From Vulcanimicrobiota bacterium (GTDB taxonomy: Bacteria > Vulcanimicrobiota > Xenobia > Xenobiales > JADMJV01): a stretch of 64,000 bases of DNA. The notes under the pieces are model-generated. The model did not search any database. It was not told where the DNA came from and saw only the letters and a list, made by a program, of their open reading frames with translations. A program made the position numbers and the translations under genes. Shown one piece after another: positions 18,652 through 28,627 of the stretch (position 1 is the first letter of the stretch; every line of letters starts with the position of its first letter). The stretch is taken from NCBI GenBank assembly GCA_050250895.1, contig JBFWNU010000002.1:471659-535658 (forward strand), in the 5' to 3' direction.

Positions 18652-19638
18652 GTGAGCGCTCGCGCCTTCTGGGCGATTTCGTTGGGGATGTGGACTTTGC
18701 TGGTGGTTGTATTGGCCCTGGCCGCGCTCGTTGGTTCCGTTTCGGTGCCTGTGTCGACGCTGCTGAGCAGTCTGATTAGCCCTGGAGGACCTTCGACCAC
18801 GGCCCACCAAATTCTTTGGGATATTCGCCTGCCCCGGGTTTTGCTGGCCGCCCTGGTGGGGGCCAGTCTGGCCGCCGTGGGTGTGGCCCTGCAGGCGGTG
18901 GTGCGCAATCCTCTAGCTGATCCCTACATTCTGGGCTCGTCCTCGGGCGCATCCACGGGGGCGGCCCTGATGATGTTGCTGGGTTTGCCCGCCCTGGTCA
19001 AGCCGGCCGCCTTCGCCGGCGCCCTGTTGGCCCTCATGCTGGCCCAGGGCCTGGCCCGCCAGGGACGCCGTCTGGCCCCCGAGCGCCTGCTCCTGGCCGG
19101 GGTGGCGGTGGGCTATATGCTGGCGGCTCTCACCAGTTTGCTGACCGTGATGGGTGACCAGCGCATGACGCGAGGGGTGCTGTTCTGGCTGCTGGGCGGG
19201 TTCTCGGGAGCCACCTGGAGCGACCTGCTGTGGCCCAGCCTGGTGCTGGTGCTCGGCACCTTCTTTCTGCTCTTGCAAAGCCGTGCCCTCAACGCTCTGA
19301 GTCTGGGCGAAGAAGCCAGCCTGACGCTGGGGATCGAGCCCGACCGTTTTCGCAAGCAGTTGCTAGCGCTGTCGGCCGTGCTCACCGGGGTGTGCGTGGC
19401 GGTGAGCGGAGCCATCGGCTTTGTGGGCATGATGGTTCCTCATCTGGCCCGACGACTGGTGGGCGCCGATCATCGCAGACTGCTGCCGGTGGTGCTGGCC
19501 GGAGGCGCGGTGCTGATGGTGGTGGCCGATCTGTTAGCCCGCGTCTGGCTGGGAGGCCGAGAGCTTCCGGTGGGCATTCTGACCGCCCTGGCCGGTGGGC
19601 CCTTCTTTCTCTGGATGATGGCCGGGAGGCAGCGATGA
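18652..19638 (+). CDS. FecCD-family iron-chelate/cobalamin ABC permease
   Basis: IRLPRVL, RNPLADPYILG.SSGA, GEEAS.TLG, GAIGFVG..VPH. Confidence 0.93.
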   Translation: MSARAFWAISLGMWTLLVVVLALAALVGSVSVPVSTLLSSLISPGGPSTTAHQILWDIRLPRVLLAALVGASLAAVGVALQAVVRNPLADPYILGSSSGASTGAALMMLLGLPALVKPAAFAGALLALMLAQGLARQGRRLAPERLLLAGVAVGYMLAALTSLLTVMGDQRMTRGVLFWLLGGFSGATWSDLLWPSLVLVLGTFFLLLQSRALNALSLGEEASLTLGIEPDRFRKQLLALSAVLTGVCVAVSGAIGFVGMMVPHLARRLVGADHRRLLPVVLAGGAVLMVVADLLARVWLGGRELPVGILTALAGGPFFLWMMAGRQR

Positions 19639-20405
19639 ATCTGCGCCTCGAAGAAGTCGAGTGGGGCGTCGACGGTCGCACCATCGTCGACCGGGTAAGC
19701 CTCGCCGTCGAAGCCGGCCAGTTGGTGGGATTGCTCGGTCCCAACGGCAGCGGAAAATCTAGCCTGTTGCGCACCGTCTATCGCGTCAACCAGCCACGGG
19801 CCGGCCAGGTCTGGCTCGACGAGCATCAGGTGTGGAAGGAGTCTCCCCGTTGGTTGGCCCAGCGGGCGGCCACCGTGCTGCAAGAGAATCTGACCTCGTT
19901 TGACTATACGGTGGCCGAGATGGTGGCTATGGGCCGCATTCCGCACCAAACCCAGCTCGGGGGCGAAAGCCAGGCCGATCGCGAGGCCGTCACCCAGGCT
20001 CTGGCCGCAGTCGGTTTGCCCGACTTTGGGGAGCGCGTGCTGGGGACCCTCTCGGGGGGCGAAAAGCAGAGGGTGCTGGTGGCTCGGGCGCTAGCCCAGG
20101 AGCCTCGCTTTTTGGTTCTGGATGAGCCCACCAATCATCTCGATGTGCGCCACTGCCTGGAGTTGCTCGACCTGCTCACGCGCTTGCGGGTCGGAGTGCT
20201 GCTCACCCTTCACGACCTCAACCTGGCCGCTCAATACTGCCATCGATTGGTGATGCTCAAGGCGGGAAGAGTGGTGGCCGAGGGCACTCCCGACGAAGTG
20301 TTCAGGCCTGACCTGCTGGCCGAGGTCTATGAGGTCGAGGCCGAGGTGGCCCGCCACCCTCGCACGGGCAAGTTGCAGGTGACCTTTTTCTCGGCTCAAA
20401 CCTAG
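19635..20405 (+). CDS. FepC/BtuD-type ABC ATPase
   Basis: GPNGSGKS, LSGGEKQR, LDEPTNHLD, HDLNLA. Confidence 0.94.
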   Translation: MNLRLEEVEWGVDGRTIVDRVSLAVEAGQLVGLLGPNGSGKSSLLRTVYRVNQPRAGQVWLDEHQVWKESPRWLAQRAATVLQENLTSFDYTVAEMVAMGRIPHQTQLGGESQADREAVTQALAAVGLPDFGERVLGTLSGGEKQRVLVARALAQEPRFLVLDEPTNHLDVRHCLELLDLLTRLRVGVLLTLHDLNLAAQYCHRLVMLKAGRVVAEGTPDEVFRPDLLAEVYEVEAEVARHPRTGKLQVTFFSAQT

Positions 20406-20409
20406 GCTT

Positions 20410-21264
20410 ATGACCATCCTGTTCTGCAACCATCCGCTGGCTGCTCGAGAGGTCGACCCCGACTATCTGGAAGAGTGGGAGGCGGCCGGCCGCCACGGCT
20501 TTGAACGGGGGCTGGTTTCGTTTGAGGATCTGACCGCCGGGGCCCCCCTGCGCCGCCTGCCCGCCGAAGGGCTCTGTCTCTATCGCGGCTGGATGTTGCG
20601 GCCCGAGCAGTATGACCGGCTCTATCAGGCCCTCGACGGCCGCCTGGTCCACACCCCCGAGCAGTACCGCTTCTGCCACCTGTTTCCCCCCTCGTATCCC
20701 TATCTCGAGGGGATGACCCCCGAGTCGGTCTGGACCGACCAGCCCGACCAGTTCCACGATTTGCTAGCCCGCTTCGGCGATCAGCCAGTGGTCATCAAGG
20801 ACTACGTCAAGTCGCGCAAGCACGAGTGGCTCGAAGCCTGCTATATTCCCCGGGCCGACCAGCCAGGCCGGGTGGTCGAGACTTTCCTCGAGCGCCAGGG
20901 CGAGGATCTGGTGGGTGGACTGGTGGTGCGGCGCTTTGAAGCCTTCGAGCAGGTGGGCGTCCATCCCCTGAGCGGCTTGCCGACCTTTCGCGAGTATCGC
21001 CTGTTCTTCGCCGAGGGTCGGCTACTGCTGAGCTTTCCTTATTGGGGCGACGAACTGGAGGGACCCGGGCCGCCGAGCGAGCCGTTCGCCAGTCTGGCCG
21101 CCCGCTTGCCGGCCCGCTTTTTCACCATGGACGTGGCCCGGCGCAGCGATGGCCAATGGCGAGTGGTCGAGTTGGGTGACGGTCAGGTGGCGGGTTTGCC
21201 GGGTCGGGTCGACGAGTTCTATGCTCGCCTGGCTACTTCTTGGTCAGACGCTCTTCAAAGCTAG
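20410..21264 (+). CDS. ATP-grasp domain protein (DUF4343/R2K-like)
   Basis: LYRGWML, IKDYVKSRKHEW, EYRLFF, FFTMDVA..WRVVELGDGQVAG. Confidence 0.88.
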   Translation: MTILFCNHPLAAREVDPDYLEEWEAAGRHGFERGLVSFEDLTAGAPLRRLPAEGLCLYRGWMLRPEQYDRLYQALDGRLVHTPEQYRFCHLFPPSYPYLEGMTPESVWTDQPDQFHDLLARFGDQPVVIKDYVKSRKHEWLEACYIPRADQPGRVVETFLERQGEDLVGGLVVRRFEAFEQVGVHPLSGLPTFREYRLFFAEGRLLLSFPYWGDELEGPGPPSEPFASLAARLPARFFTMDVARRSDGQWRVVELGDGQVAGLPGRVDEFYARLATSWSDALQS

Positions 21265-22798
21265 GAATGTGGGCGTCGCGCAGGCCTTCCATCCAGGTCA
21301 GGTAAAGCTCGCGCTCATCGAGCGACTTGAGTTCTTCGAGATAGCGTCCGGTCTCGCGCGAGAGGCCGGCTCGACGGGCTACCCGGACGGCGTTTTTGAG
21401 GTCGGCCACTGCCTGTTTGCGCTGGCCCCGGTCTTTCGAGAGCAGGCCGCGCTGGTAATAGGCCTCAGCCAGCCAGGCCGAGTCGCCGTGTTCGGCCAGC
21501 GACAGAATCGATTCGTTGAGCCGGCGGGCCGCTTCTTCGTGCTCGCCCTCGAGGCGGGCGATCGAACCCGATAAACAGAGCAAGAAAGACAGTTCTTTGA
21601 ACATCTTGTGCTCGCGGAACATGTCGCGAGCTTGCGAGCAGAGCAGGGCCGCCTCGGTGGCCTGACCCCGGCGGATATAGGCCTGGCACAGGTCCATCTG
21701 AACTCGGGCCACGTTGAAGGTGTCTTCGACGTGGCCGAACAGGGCCAGGCTCTCGCGCAGGTTGCGGATGGCCTCTTCGAGGTTCTCGAGCTGCACCAGG
21801 CACTGGCCCAGGTTGCGATAGGAGTAGCCCAGCGCGTAAGGGTTACGAAAGCGGATCGACAGCTCGAGGTCCTTGCGAAAAAAGGTGGCCGCGTTGTGAT
21901 AGTCTTCGCGCAGCATATACACCTGGCCCAGCTTGCCGTAGAGCGTGGCCAGTTCGGCGTTGGCCCCCAATTGCACACACAGCGACTCGCAGCGCTTGAA
22001 GCTGAAGATGGCCTCTTCCATGCGGTTGAGGGCCAGAAAAGTGCGCCCGATGCTCTCATAAACCTTGGCCTGGCCGAAGGGGCAGCTGGCTTTCTTGTAG
22101 ATCGACAGTGCGTCGAGGTGGCTCATCAGGGCCGAGCGATGCTTGCGCCGCAGGCCGCTGATCACGCCCAGGTAGCGCAACACCTGGGCCCGGGTCAGAC
22201 AGGGCGGGTCTTCGCCCAGGCATTCTAGCCCTTTGCGCACCTGGGATTCGGCCTCTTTGATGCGGGCCAGCCGGAAGTTATAGAGACCTAGTTGAGTCCA
22301 CAGCGAGGCCTGCAGGCGACGCTTTTCGGCCGATTCGGGCAGATTCTCGGCCTCGGCCAGGGCTTGATCGATGTGCTCTTTGGCGCGCGACACGGCCCCG
22401 GTGCGCCCGGCGTGTTCGGCCATTTTAGCCAGAGCTGCCGTGGTCACGTCGCTGGTTTCGACGGTGAAGGCCAGTTCTTGGGCTTTGGCCAGATACTCGC
22501 CGGCCATGCCGGGTTCGCCCCGCATGTCATGCAGTTCGGCGATGCTGAGCAGAGCCTCGACCCGCACCTTGTCTTGCTGTTTTCGCTCGAGCACCTTCTT
22601 GAGCTGGCGCTCGGCCTGATCCCACTGCCCCAACACCAGGTAGCAGCTGGCCAGACGGGCTCTCACGCCATCGTCATCGGCCTCGGCCGGGGCCGCCTCG
22701 ACAGCCTGCTTGAAGCAACCCACGGCGTCGACAAAGCGAAGCTCGGCCACCTGTCGCTGACCTTGCTCGAGCATCTGTTGATAGACAGAGGCGGACAC
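21233..22798 (-). CDS. Tetratricopeptide repeat protein
   Basis: About ten tandem TPR-like helical repeats, e.g. YGKLGQVY..A..FFRKDL and YRNLGQCL..AIRNLRESL. Confidence 0.9.
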   Translation of the reverse strand: MSASVYQQMLEQGQRQVAELRFVDAVGCFKQAVEAAPAEADDDGVRARLASCYLVLGQWDQAERQLKKVLERKQQDKVRVEALLSIAELHDMRGEPGMAGEYLAKAQELAFTVETSDVTTAALAKMAEHAGRTGAVSRAKEHIDQALAEAENLPESAEKRRLQASLWTQLGLYNFRLARIKEAESQVRKGLECLGEDPPCLTRAQVLRYLGVISGLRRKHRSALMSHLDALSIYKKASCPFGQAKVYESIGRTFLALNRMEEAIFSFKRCESLCVQLGANAELATLYGKLGQVYMLREDYHNAATFFRKDLELSIRFRNPYALGYSYRNLGQCLVQLENLEEAIRNLRESLALFGHVEDTFNVARVQMDLCQAYIRRGQATEAALLCSQARDMFREHKMFKELSFLLCLSGSIARLEGEHEEAARRLNESILSLAEHGDSAWLAEAYYQRGLLSKDRGQRKQAVADLKNAVRVARRAGLSRETGRYLEELKSLDERELYLTWMEGLRDAHIPSFEERLTKK

Positions 22799-22897
22799 GG
22801 CCTGTAAGGTTCCTCCGCTCAGGCTCGCCTTCCTTCTAGGGCCGGGACAACCGGCCTGAGCCGGGGGATCCAGCGGGCCGAAGGCGAAGGCCCCGGC

Positions 22898-25800
22898 GTG
22901 AGTCAGGATGTCCAGTCATTTCTGGCCGCCTATCAAGAGAGCGGCCCAGAGTCGGTAGGCCACTTCACGCTCGACCCCAAGAAGGCTCGGGAGAAGATGA
23001 AGAAATTCCAGCTTACCGACCCCCATCGCTACGTGCTCATGCTGGCCGCCTCGGCCGTGGTTGGCCAAACCGAGTTCATTCGCTGCCACAACGATGCTGA
23101 TGACCTCATCCTGGAATACGACGGCCAGGCGCCCAGCCGTAGTGAATTGGAAAACCTCTTCGCCAGCCTCTTCGCAGGCGACGAAGAAAGCCGTGAACAT
23201 CTGCGTCTGCGTTTGCTGGCCATCGGCCTCAACGCCGCTCTGGGGTTGTCTCCCAGCACGGTGACGGTGGACAGTTGGGACGGGCAGGCGGGCCATCGGT
23301 TGGCCCTGACCCGCACCGGCGAGGGCGTTACGCGGCTCGCACAGTGCCCCTGGCCCGACCGCCAGCCGATGGTTAGAATCCATGTCCGCGAGCGAGTCAG
23401 TTGGCGGACCGTGGGGAAGTTTTTTAGTAAGCTGATGGGGCTGCCCCCCGAAGGCAAGACGATGCTGATGGGCTGCCGTTTCGCTCCCGTCGAGGTCACC
23501 GTGAACGGTCGCCCGGCCAACGGCCTGCCGGTGCTTCCTCCGCTGCTGACCTGGAGGGCGGTCAACCTGGAAGAGCACCGGCGTCCCCCCGGGACGGGGC
23601 AGATCATTTCCGACCAGAGTCTCAACCGAGCCCTGCTGTGGCTGCCCCTCGAGCCCCCCGAACAGTCGCGCATCGAGTTTGTCTGGAACGGTATCCGGGT
23701 GGCCGAGCAGCACCTCAGCCTGCCCTACGCCCAGGTCAACGCCATACTGGAGTGCGATGCGCTCAAGCTCAACGTGTCCCAGAGCGACATCGTCGACGAC
23801 GCTGCCTTTCGCGAATTGATGACCTGGTTTCGAGCCCATCTCAAACAGATGGTGCTCGAACTGGCCGCCCAGGTCGGCGTCGCGCCTGAACTCGAAGCCG
23901 CCCGCCGGCGGTTGCTGCTTGACGCCATCGGCCGCGCCGTGCGCTACGAGCCCAATCTTGACCGCTGGCGCGAGTTCAAGTCGACCCTGATCGACCTGCC
24001 GCTGTTCAAGAACGCCCAGGGACAGCAGGTGTGTCTGCGGCCAGCTCTGGAGCGCTTTCGAGCCACCGGCACCCTTTACACTACCCGGCGCCTATGGGAT
24101 GTGCCGCCCTGGGACCCGGCCGAGGTGGTGTTGCAGGCCGACGCTCAGACCGAGCCCGTCTTCACGGCCGTCTTTCCCGAGCTAACTGACGGTCATGCTT
24201 TGATGATGCAGGCGGTGGCGGCCTACGGTCGCCAGCGGGCTTTCGAGGCGCAACCCGTGCAAGAGCCGGTGCTTGGCGCTGGTCGTTGGCGAGCGCGCCA
24301 CCGACTGGAAGGCACCATCCGGGGCGAGCTGGGGCTGGTGGAAGACAACCTGCGGACCCTGTCCTTTATCGCTTTCCTGCGAGGGGGCAAGAGGCTCTGC
24401 GACCGCACCATCGACCCGGGCCACGGCCTCCCCACCGGGCTGGTGGCGGTGGTCGACCATCCCGACTTTCAGGTCGACGCCAACTGGGAGAAGGTGGTCG
24501 AGAACGAGGCCTATGTCGAGGCCATGAAGGCGCTGCGCCAGGGGGTCGAGCCGCTTTTCGAGCAGGCCATCGAACAGGGCAACTACGCGGCCGCCACCAC
24601 CTATATGGACTATCTCATCGAGCATAAGATCAAGTTCGCACCGCAAGCCCTGCGTCAGTTTCCATACTTTGTCACCCTGGGCGGAGAGCGCCTCTCCATG
24701 GAGCAACTGCGGGGCCGTCCCCTGGGTTATCTGGCCGGTCGGCCCGAGGCGGTCGAGATGGAGCAAATGACCGTCGTGGTTGGGGACGTGGCGATCGAGC
24801 GGTATTTGAGCCACTTCGTGGCGGTTCCGCTCGACGCCCGGCCAGCCTATCAAAAGGCGCTGGCCCGTCAGCGGTTTTTCGCCAAGCCTGAGCAGCCCGT
24901 ACGCCTGGGCAAAGAGATCGAGATTCGGGCACCGTTGTCCGGCCTCGAGGGCGAAATCGGACTGGAGCCCGGCCTGGCTCAGGTCATGCGGGTCGAAATC
25001 TTCCATCATCACCGGCGCCTGGCGGCTCGCTACGTCTCCGCCGGCCTGGGCGGGCTCTCGGCGGTGGTCAACGATGACAGGCTCGTGGCCACGGACGACT
25101 ATGGCGACCTGGTCGAAGAAGAACGCTGGGGCGAAATCCTACCACGGCTGTTGGCCGACGCCCGTCAGTTGGCCGAGCCGGCTTTCTTGCGCTGGCGAGA
25201 AGACCCCGAGCATCCCCTGGCCGGTCCTTTTCTACGCGGCTTGTTCTGCTTCGAAGCGGGCCTTCGTGGCCAGGGGTTTCGAGAGGATCTCGACGAGTTT
25301 CGGGCCGGCCTCATGACCTGGGAGTTCTTTCCCACCAACCACGGCTACGTCTCGCTCCAGGAACTGTTCAGCCGCGGCGAATCGTATTATCTCTTCAACC
25401 AACCCCCGCGCCCGGTGGCCGACAGCTATCTGGTGCTCACTCGCGAGCAATACAGTCAGATGAGCCGCATCCTGGGCGATTACAAGTTGATCGACGGCGG
25501 CCCTCGCCTCGAACGCGAGCTGAAGTTGGCTCAGCTCGAGCAACAACCGAGCCGTCAGGAGCTGACCCTTCCCGAGGGCGACTACGTGGCCCGGGTGGAA
25601 CTCGACGGTGAAACCGCGGGCCAGATCGGCCTCCTGGCTCGTTTGGGAGCCAGTCGCATCCTGGTCTATCGCAAGCACCATTTCCTCGAAGAGTTGGTCC
25701 GCGAGCAAACCGTGCCCATCATCGCCATCGTCAATGACGACAACCTCCGGGTCCACCCTGAGCGCTTCGGAGTGGCGGCCGACTCCCATCTCGAGGAACT

Positions 25801-27277
25801 TCTCGACCGGCTCGAAGCGGCGGCCGGGGCCCAAGTCGAAGACCTGGATCCCAAGCTTCAAGGCGATTATCTTCTGGCGCTCTTATGCCGACTGGTGGCA
25901 TCACGCCCGAAAGCTCCCCTCACGGCTAGCCTGATTTGCCGTCCGCTCTTCGAGGGCACCCGCGGCCAACCCTTGAATTACCGGCAGCTGCATCAGCAAC
26001 GCCAGGACGAGAACCGACTGTGCTTTCTCCCCACCTCTTCCCTGAGCCCAGAGCTGCTGGCTTACGTCGAGCCCGACCGCGACCTTGTCTGCCTCGATTC
26101 CCGGCAAGAGAAGGCTCTGCGTCCTTTGCTGACACCGCTCGACAACGTCAGCCGGAGCCTTCAGGTCGAGGCCAGGGCTCAGGCCAATCGCGCTCGCAGT
26201 AAAGTCGACGCCCTCGAGTTGGAAGCGCGCTTCCCCGACACCCAATGGTTGGCTCGAGTCTCTCGCCGCAACCGCTGGTACCGCGGCCAGCTGGGCCTGG
26301 CGCGTGAGGTCCGAGAGGGCGGTATCGAGTTGGTGATCGATGGGCATTGCCTGGCAACCCTCGATGTTTTCCCTGGCTGTGGCTTTATCGGCTGTATCCA
26401 GGGGCCGTTCAAGCCGACCGAAACCTGGGACGGGCTCCAGCCCGACAGCCTCGACGATGTGCGTGCCAAGCTGCTGGCCTGGCACCAGGAACTGCTGACC
26501 ACCCTGATCGCCGACTTTCCCACCCCGGCGGATCCGGGTTTTGCCTCGGCCCAGCGCTGTGTGCTGGCGTGGTGGAATCTGATCGGCAACCAGACGGGTC
26601 TCGAGCGCCAGCTCGAGCAACTGCACGTCATCCCGATCACCGAGGGGCGCTACCTGCGCATCGCCGACCTCGAGCGCGAGTTTCTGATTCGTGGCGAGTT
26701 GCGTTATTGTCGCCCCGGGCACGAGCCGACGGGGGAGGAGATGGTGTTGGTGCTCGAGGCTGGCTCCTGGTTGGAGGGCTTCATGCAGAGGTTGGCCGAA
26801 GAGGCCCTTCAGCCCCATCAACCTGCTCCTACGCCGCTCCGTCCGGCCACCCCTCGGCCCGATCCCCCCAGAGCCACGGCCCCGCCGCCCCCAGAGCCTA
26901 CACCCGTCCTGGCCCAAAAGCCCGCGCCCGAGCCCCCGCCTGAGCCCGAAGCGCCCACCATCGAGCGGGCCTTAGAGTCCGAATTTCGCCTGCTCGGCAC
27001 CTACGAACTCCATCCTCGCCTGGACCTGTTCAAGACCATCATCACTCGCTCGCTGGGTCGCGACGGCCCGATGTTCGAACTCGACCAGGCCAAAGTGACG
27101 GTCAATGGCCAACATCGCGTGGTGGAAAACATCATCCGCGCCGGCCTACCCCGCGAACGTCTCTACTTCTTGCTCTCGGCCCTGTTCTCGGTGAAAAATC
27201 GCGAGGACCAGGCTATCGAAGACAGCCACGAGCGAGACTTCCACGCCCGCATTCTAGCCACGCTCCTGGGCGGCTAG
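22898..27277 (+). CDS. Large Hsp90/HtpG-like multidomain protein with tandem middle-domain-like repeats
   Basis: Degenerate GHKL-like N-terminus. 'ILECDALKLNVSQSDIVDD' resembles Hsp90 'VVDSEDLPLNVSRE'. Four further G(E/Q)(L/I)GL repeats, a Pro linker and a C-terminal 'VNGQHRVV' domain follow. Confidence 0.65.
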   Translation: MSQDVQSFLAAYQESGPESVGHFTLDPKKAREKMKKFQLTDPHRYVLMLAASAVVGQTEFIRCHNDADDLILEYDGQAPSRSELENLFASLFAGDEESREHLRLRLLAIGLNAALGLSPSTVTVDSWDGQAGHRLALTRTGEGVTRLAQCPWPDRQPMVRIHVRERVSWRTVGKFFSKLMGLPPEGKTMLMGCRFAPVEVTVNGRPANGLPVLPPLLTWRAVNLEEHRRPPGTGQIISDQSLNRALLWLPLEPPEQSRIEFVWNGIRVAEQHLSLPYAQVNAILECDALKLNVSQSDIVDDAAFRELMTWFRAHLKQMVLELAAQVGVAPELEAARRRLLLDAIGRAVRYEPNLDRWREFKSTLIDLPLFKNAQGQQVCLRPALERFRATGTLYTTRRLWDVPPWDPAEVVLQADAQTEPVFTAVFPELTDGHALMMQAVAAYGRQRAFEAQPVQEPVLGAGRWRARHRLEGTIRGELGLVEDNLRTLSFIAFLRGGKRLCDRTIDPGHGLPTGLVAVVDHPDFQVDANWEKVVENEAYVEAMKALRQGVEPLFEQAIEQGNYAAATTYMDYLIEHKIKFAPQALRQFPYFVTLGGERLSMEQLRGRPLGYLAGRPEAVEMEQMTVVVGDVAIERYLSHFVAVPLDARPAYQKALARQRFFAKPEQPVRLGKEIEIRAPLSGLEGEIGLEPGLAQVMRVEIFHHHRRLAARYVSAGLGGLSAVVNDDRLVATDDYGDLVEEERWGEILPRLLADARQLAEPAFLRWREDPEHPLAGPFLRGLFCFEAGLRGQGFREDLDEFRAGLMTWEFFPTNHGYVSLQELFSRGESYYLFNQPPRPVADSYLVLTREQYSQMSRILGDYKLIDGGPRLERELKLAQLEQQPSRQELTLPEGDYVARVELDGETAGQIGLLARLGASRILVYRKHHFLEELVREQTVPIIAIVNDDNLRVHPERFGVAADSHLEELLDRLEAAAGAQVEDLDPKLQGDYLLALLCRLVASRPKAPLTASLICRPLFEGTRGQPLNYRQLHQQRQDENRLCFLPTSSLSPELLAYVEPDRDLVCLDSRQEKALRPLLTPLDNVSRSLQVEARAQANRARSKVDALELEARFPDTQWLARVSRRNRWYRGQLGLAREVREGGIELVIDGHCLATLDVFPGCGFIGCIQGPFKPTETWDGLQPDSLDDVRAKLLAWHQELLTTLIADFPTPADPGFASAQRCVLAWWNLIGNQTGLERQLEQLHVIPITEGRYLRIADLEREFLIRGELRYCRPGHEPTGEEMVLVLEAGSWLEGFMQRLAEEALQPHQPAPTPLRPATPRPDPPRATAPPPPEPTPVLAQKPAPEPPPEPEAPTIERALESEFRLLGTYELHPRLDLFKTIITRSLGRDGPMFELDQAKVTVNGQHRVVENIIRAGLPRERLYFLLSALFSVKNREDQAIEDSHERDFHARILATLLGG

Positions 27278-27380
27278 CCCTTCGGGCCGGGACAAGGAGC
27301 TCGCTCCCTGTCGACGCGCAGCGTCGAAATCTCCGCGCGAAGCAGTCGGCGCTCCCTGTCGGCGGCGAAGCCGACGCGCC
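27278..27380. repeat. REP-like intergenic hairpin cluster between convergent genes
   Basis: CGCTCCCTGTCG occurs twice (~27302, ~27350), each followed by a short hairpin; gcccTTCGgggc-type hairpin at 27277-27287. Confidence 0.5.
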
Positions 27381-28550
27381 TCAGTATGGCCAGAGGGGCT
27401 TGCGGCCGTAGTCGGCGGCGTCGAGGAAGTTGCGCCAGCCGGCCGGCATGGTCTGGTCGTTGCGGTCGCGGTCGAGGGCAAAGGTGAAGCTGTGAGCGTT
27501 CTTCTGGTGCAGGACGGTCTTCTTCATGGCCTCTTTGGCGTTGCTCACGGCCTGCTGGGTCACCTCCGAGAGGGGAGCCTGAGAGAGCTTATCGAGGAAG
27601 CTGCTCATGTCGACCCGTTCGGTGAAGAAGAAGCCGGGCGATTTCGACCGGGCCAGGGCACGGCGAATGTCGGCCCGGTGACCCGATTCCAGCTCGCGGG
27701 CGAGCAGGCCGCCGAGCTGGTCGAGGGTCGGCAGGAGTTCGCTCTGCAGAGCGCGGGTATCGATGGCGGCCAGCGAGAAGGTGCCCTTCTCGGCGGTGGC
27801 GGCCCACTGGCCCAGGTCGTCGGCGGCCAGGTTTTTCTGGCTGAAGAGTTCTTCGATGGGCAGGCCCTTGGCCGGCACCACGTGGGACGAAGCCAGCACC
27901 ACCCCGGCCCAGGGGGCCAGCCGGGTCATGACTTCGAGCTGCGAGGTCAGACAGGCGTCGAGCACGGTCACATCGACCTGGGTGTCGCTCATGGTTGCGG
28001 CCAGGTCTTTGAACTTCATGCTGGCCACCTCGTCGTGCTCGCCGTGGCCCGACAAATAGATGACGTGACGGCTGTTGGGAAAGGCCTTAGCGTTGCTAAC
28101 CACCAGGTCGTGCAGACGGTTGACGCCGCTTTTGGTCACCGGCGTGGGTTGCGAGCCCTGACCGATGGTGTAGCGGGCGCCGGCCTGCCAGTTGGGGGCG
28201 GCCGAGGCGGCAGAAATCATGCTATAGCCGCTCAGCAGCGTCACCGGAGCCAGGGCCATGCCGGCGAACATACCGAATTGGGCTCCGGCCACCGCGCCCA
28301 CCAGCGCTCCGGCGGCCAGGGGAGCGGCCATCAACAGAACTCCCATCTTCTTGGCCGAGGCGGCGTCGCGGCGCTGGCCGTCGACCACTACGGTCAACCC
28401 CGAGTCGGCCTTTTGAAAGGCGCGCTCGAACTGGTCGATTCCGCGCAAGACCTGCTTTTCGATGCCGGAGGCCTGGCCATCGATATAGGCGCTGACCACG
28501 GTGTGGCTGGGAGCAAGCCTGGGTTGGACGGTGGCGGCTGCGATTTTCAT
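27381..28550 (-). CDS. Clostripain/C11-like (caspase-fold) peptidase with a hydrophobic hairpin
   Basis: IYLSGHG and VLDACL His/Cys dyad motifs; LAAID; N-terminal Gly/Ala-rich transmembrane pair. Confidence 0.72.
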   Translation of the reverse strand: MKIAAATVQPRLAPSHTVVSAYIDGQASGIEKQVLRGIDQFERAFQKADSGLTVVVDGQRRDAASAKKMGVLLMAAPLAAGALVGAVAGAQFGMFAGMALAPVTLLSGYSMISAASAAPNWQAGARYTIGQGSQPTPVTKSGVNRLHDLVVSNAKAFPNSRHVIYLSGHGEHDEVASMKFKDLAATMSDTQVDVTVLDACLTSQLEVMTRLAPWAGVVLASSHVVPAKGLPIEELFSQKNLAADDLGQWAATAEKGTFSLAAIDTRALQSELLPTLDQLGGLLARELESGHRADIRRALARSKSPGFFFTERVDMSSFLDKLSQAPLSEVTQQAVSNAKEAMKKTVLHQKNAHSFTFALDRDRNDQTMPAGWRNFLDAADYGRKPLWPY

Positions 28551-28627
28551 GGGCTGACCATAACGTGACTTCTCGTCGGGTTTTTTGCCGGGATTTGAAC
28601 AGCACGGTGGCGAACGGATTCCCCGCT

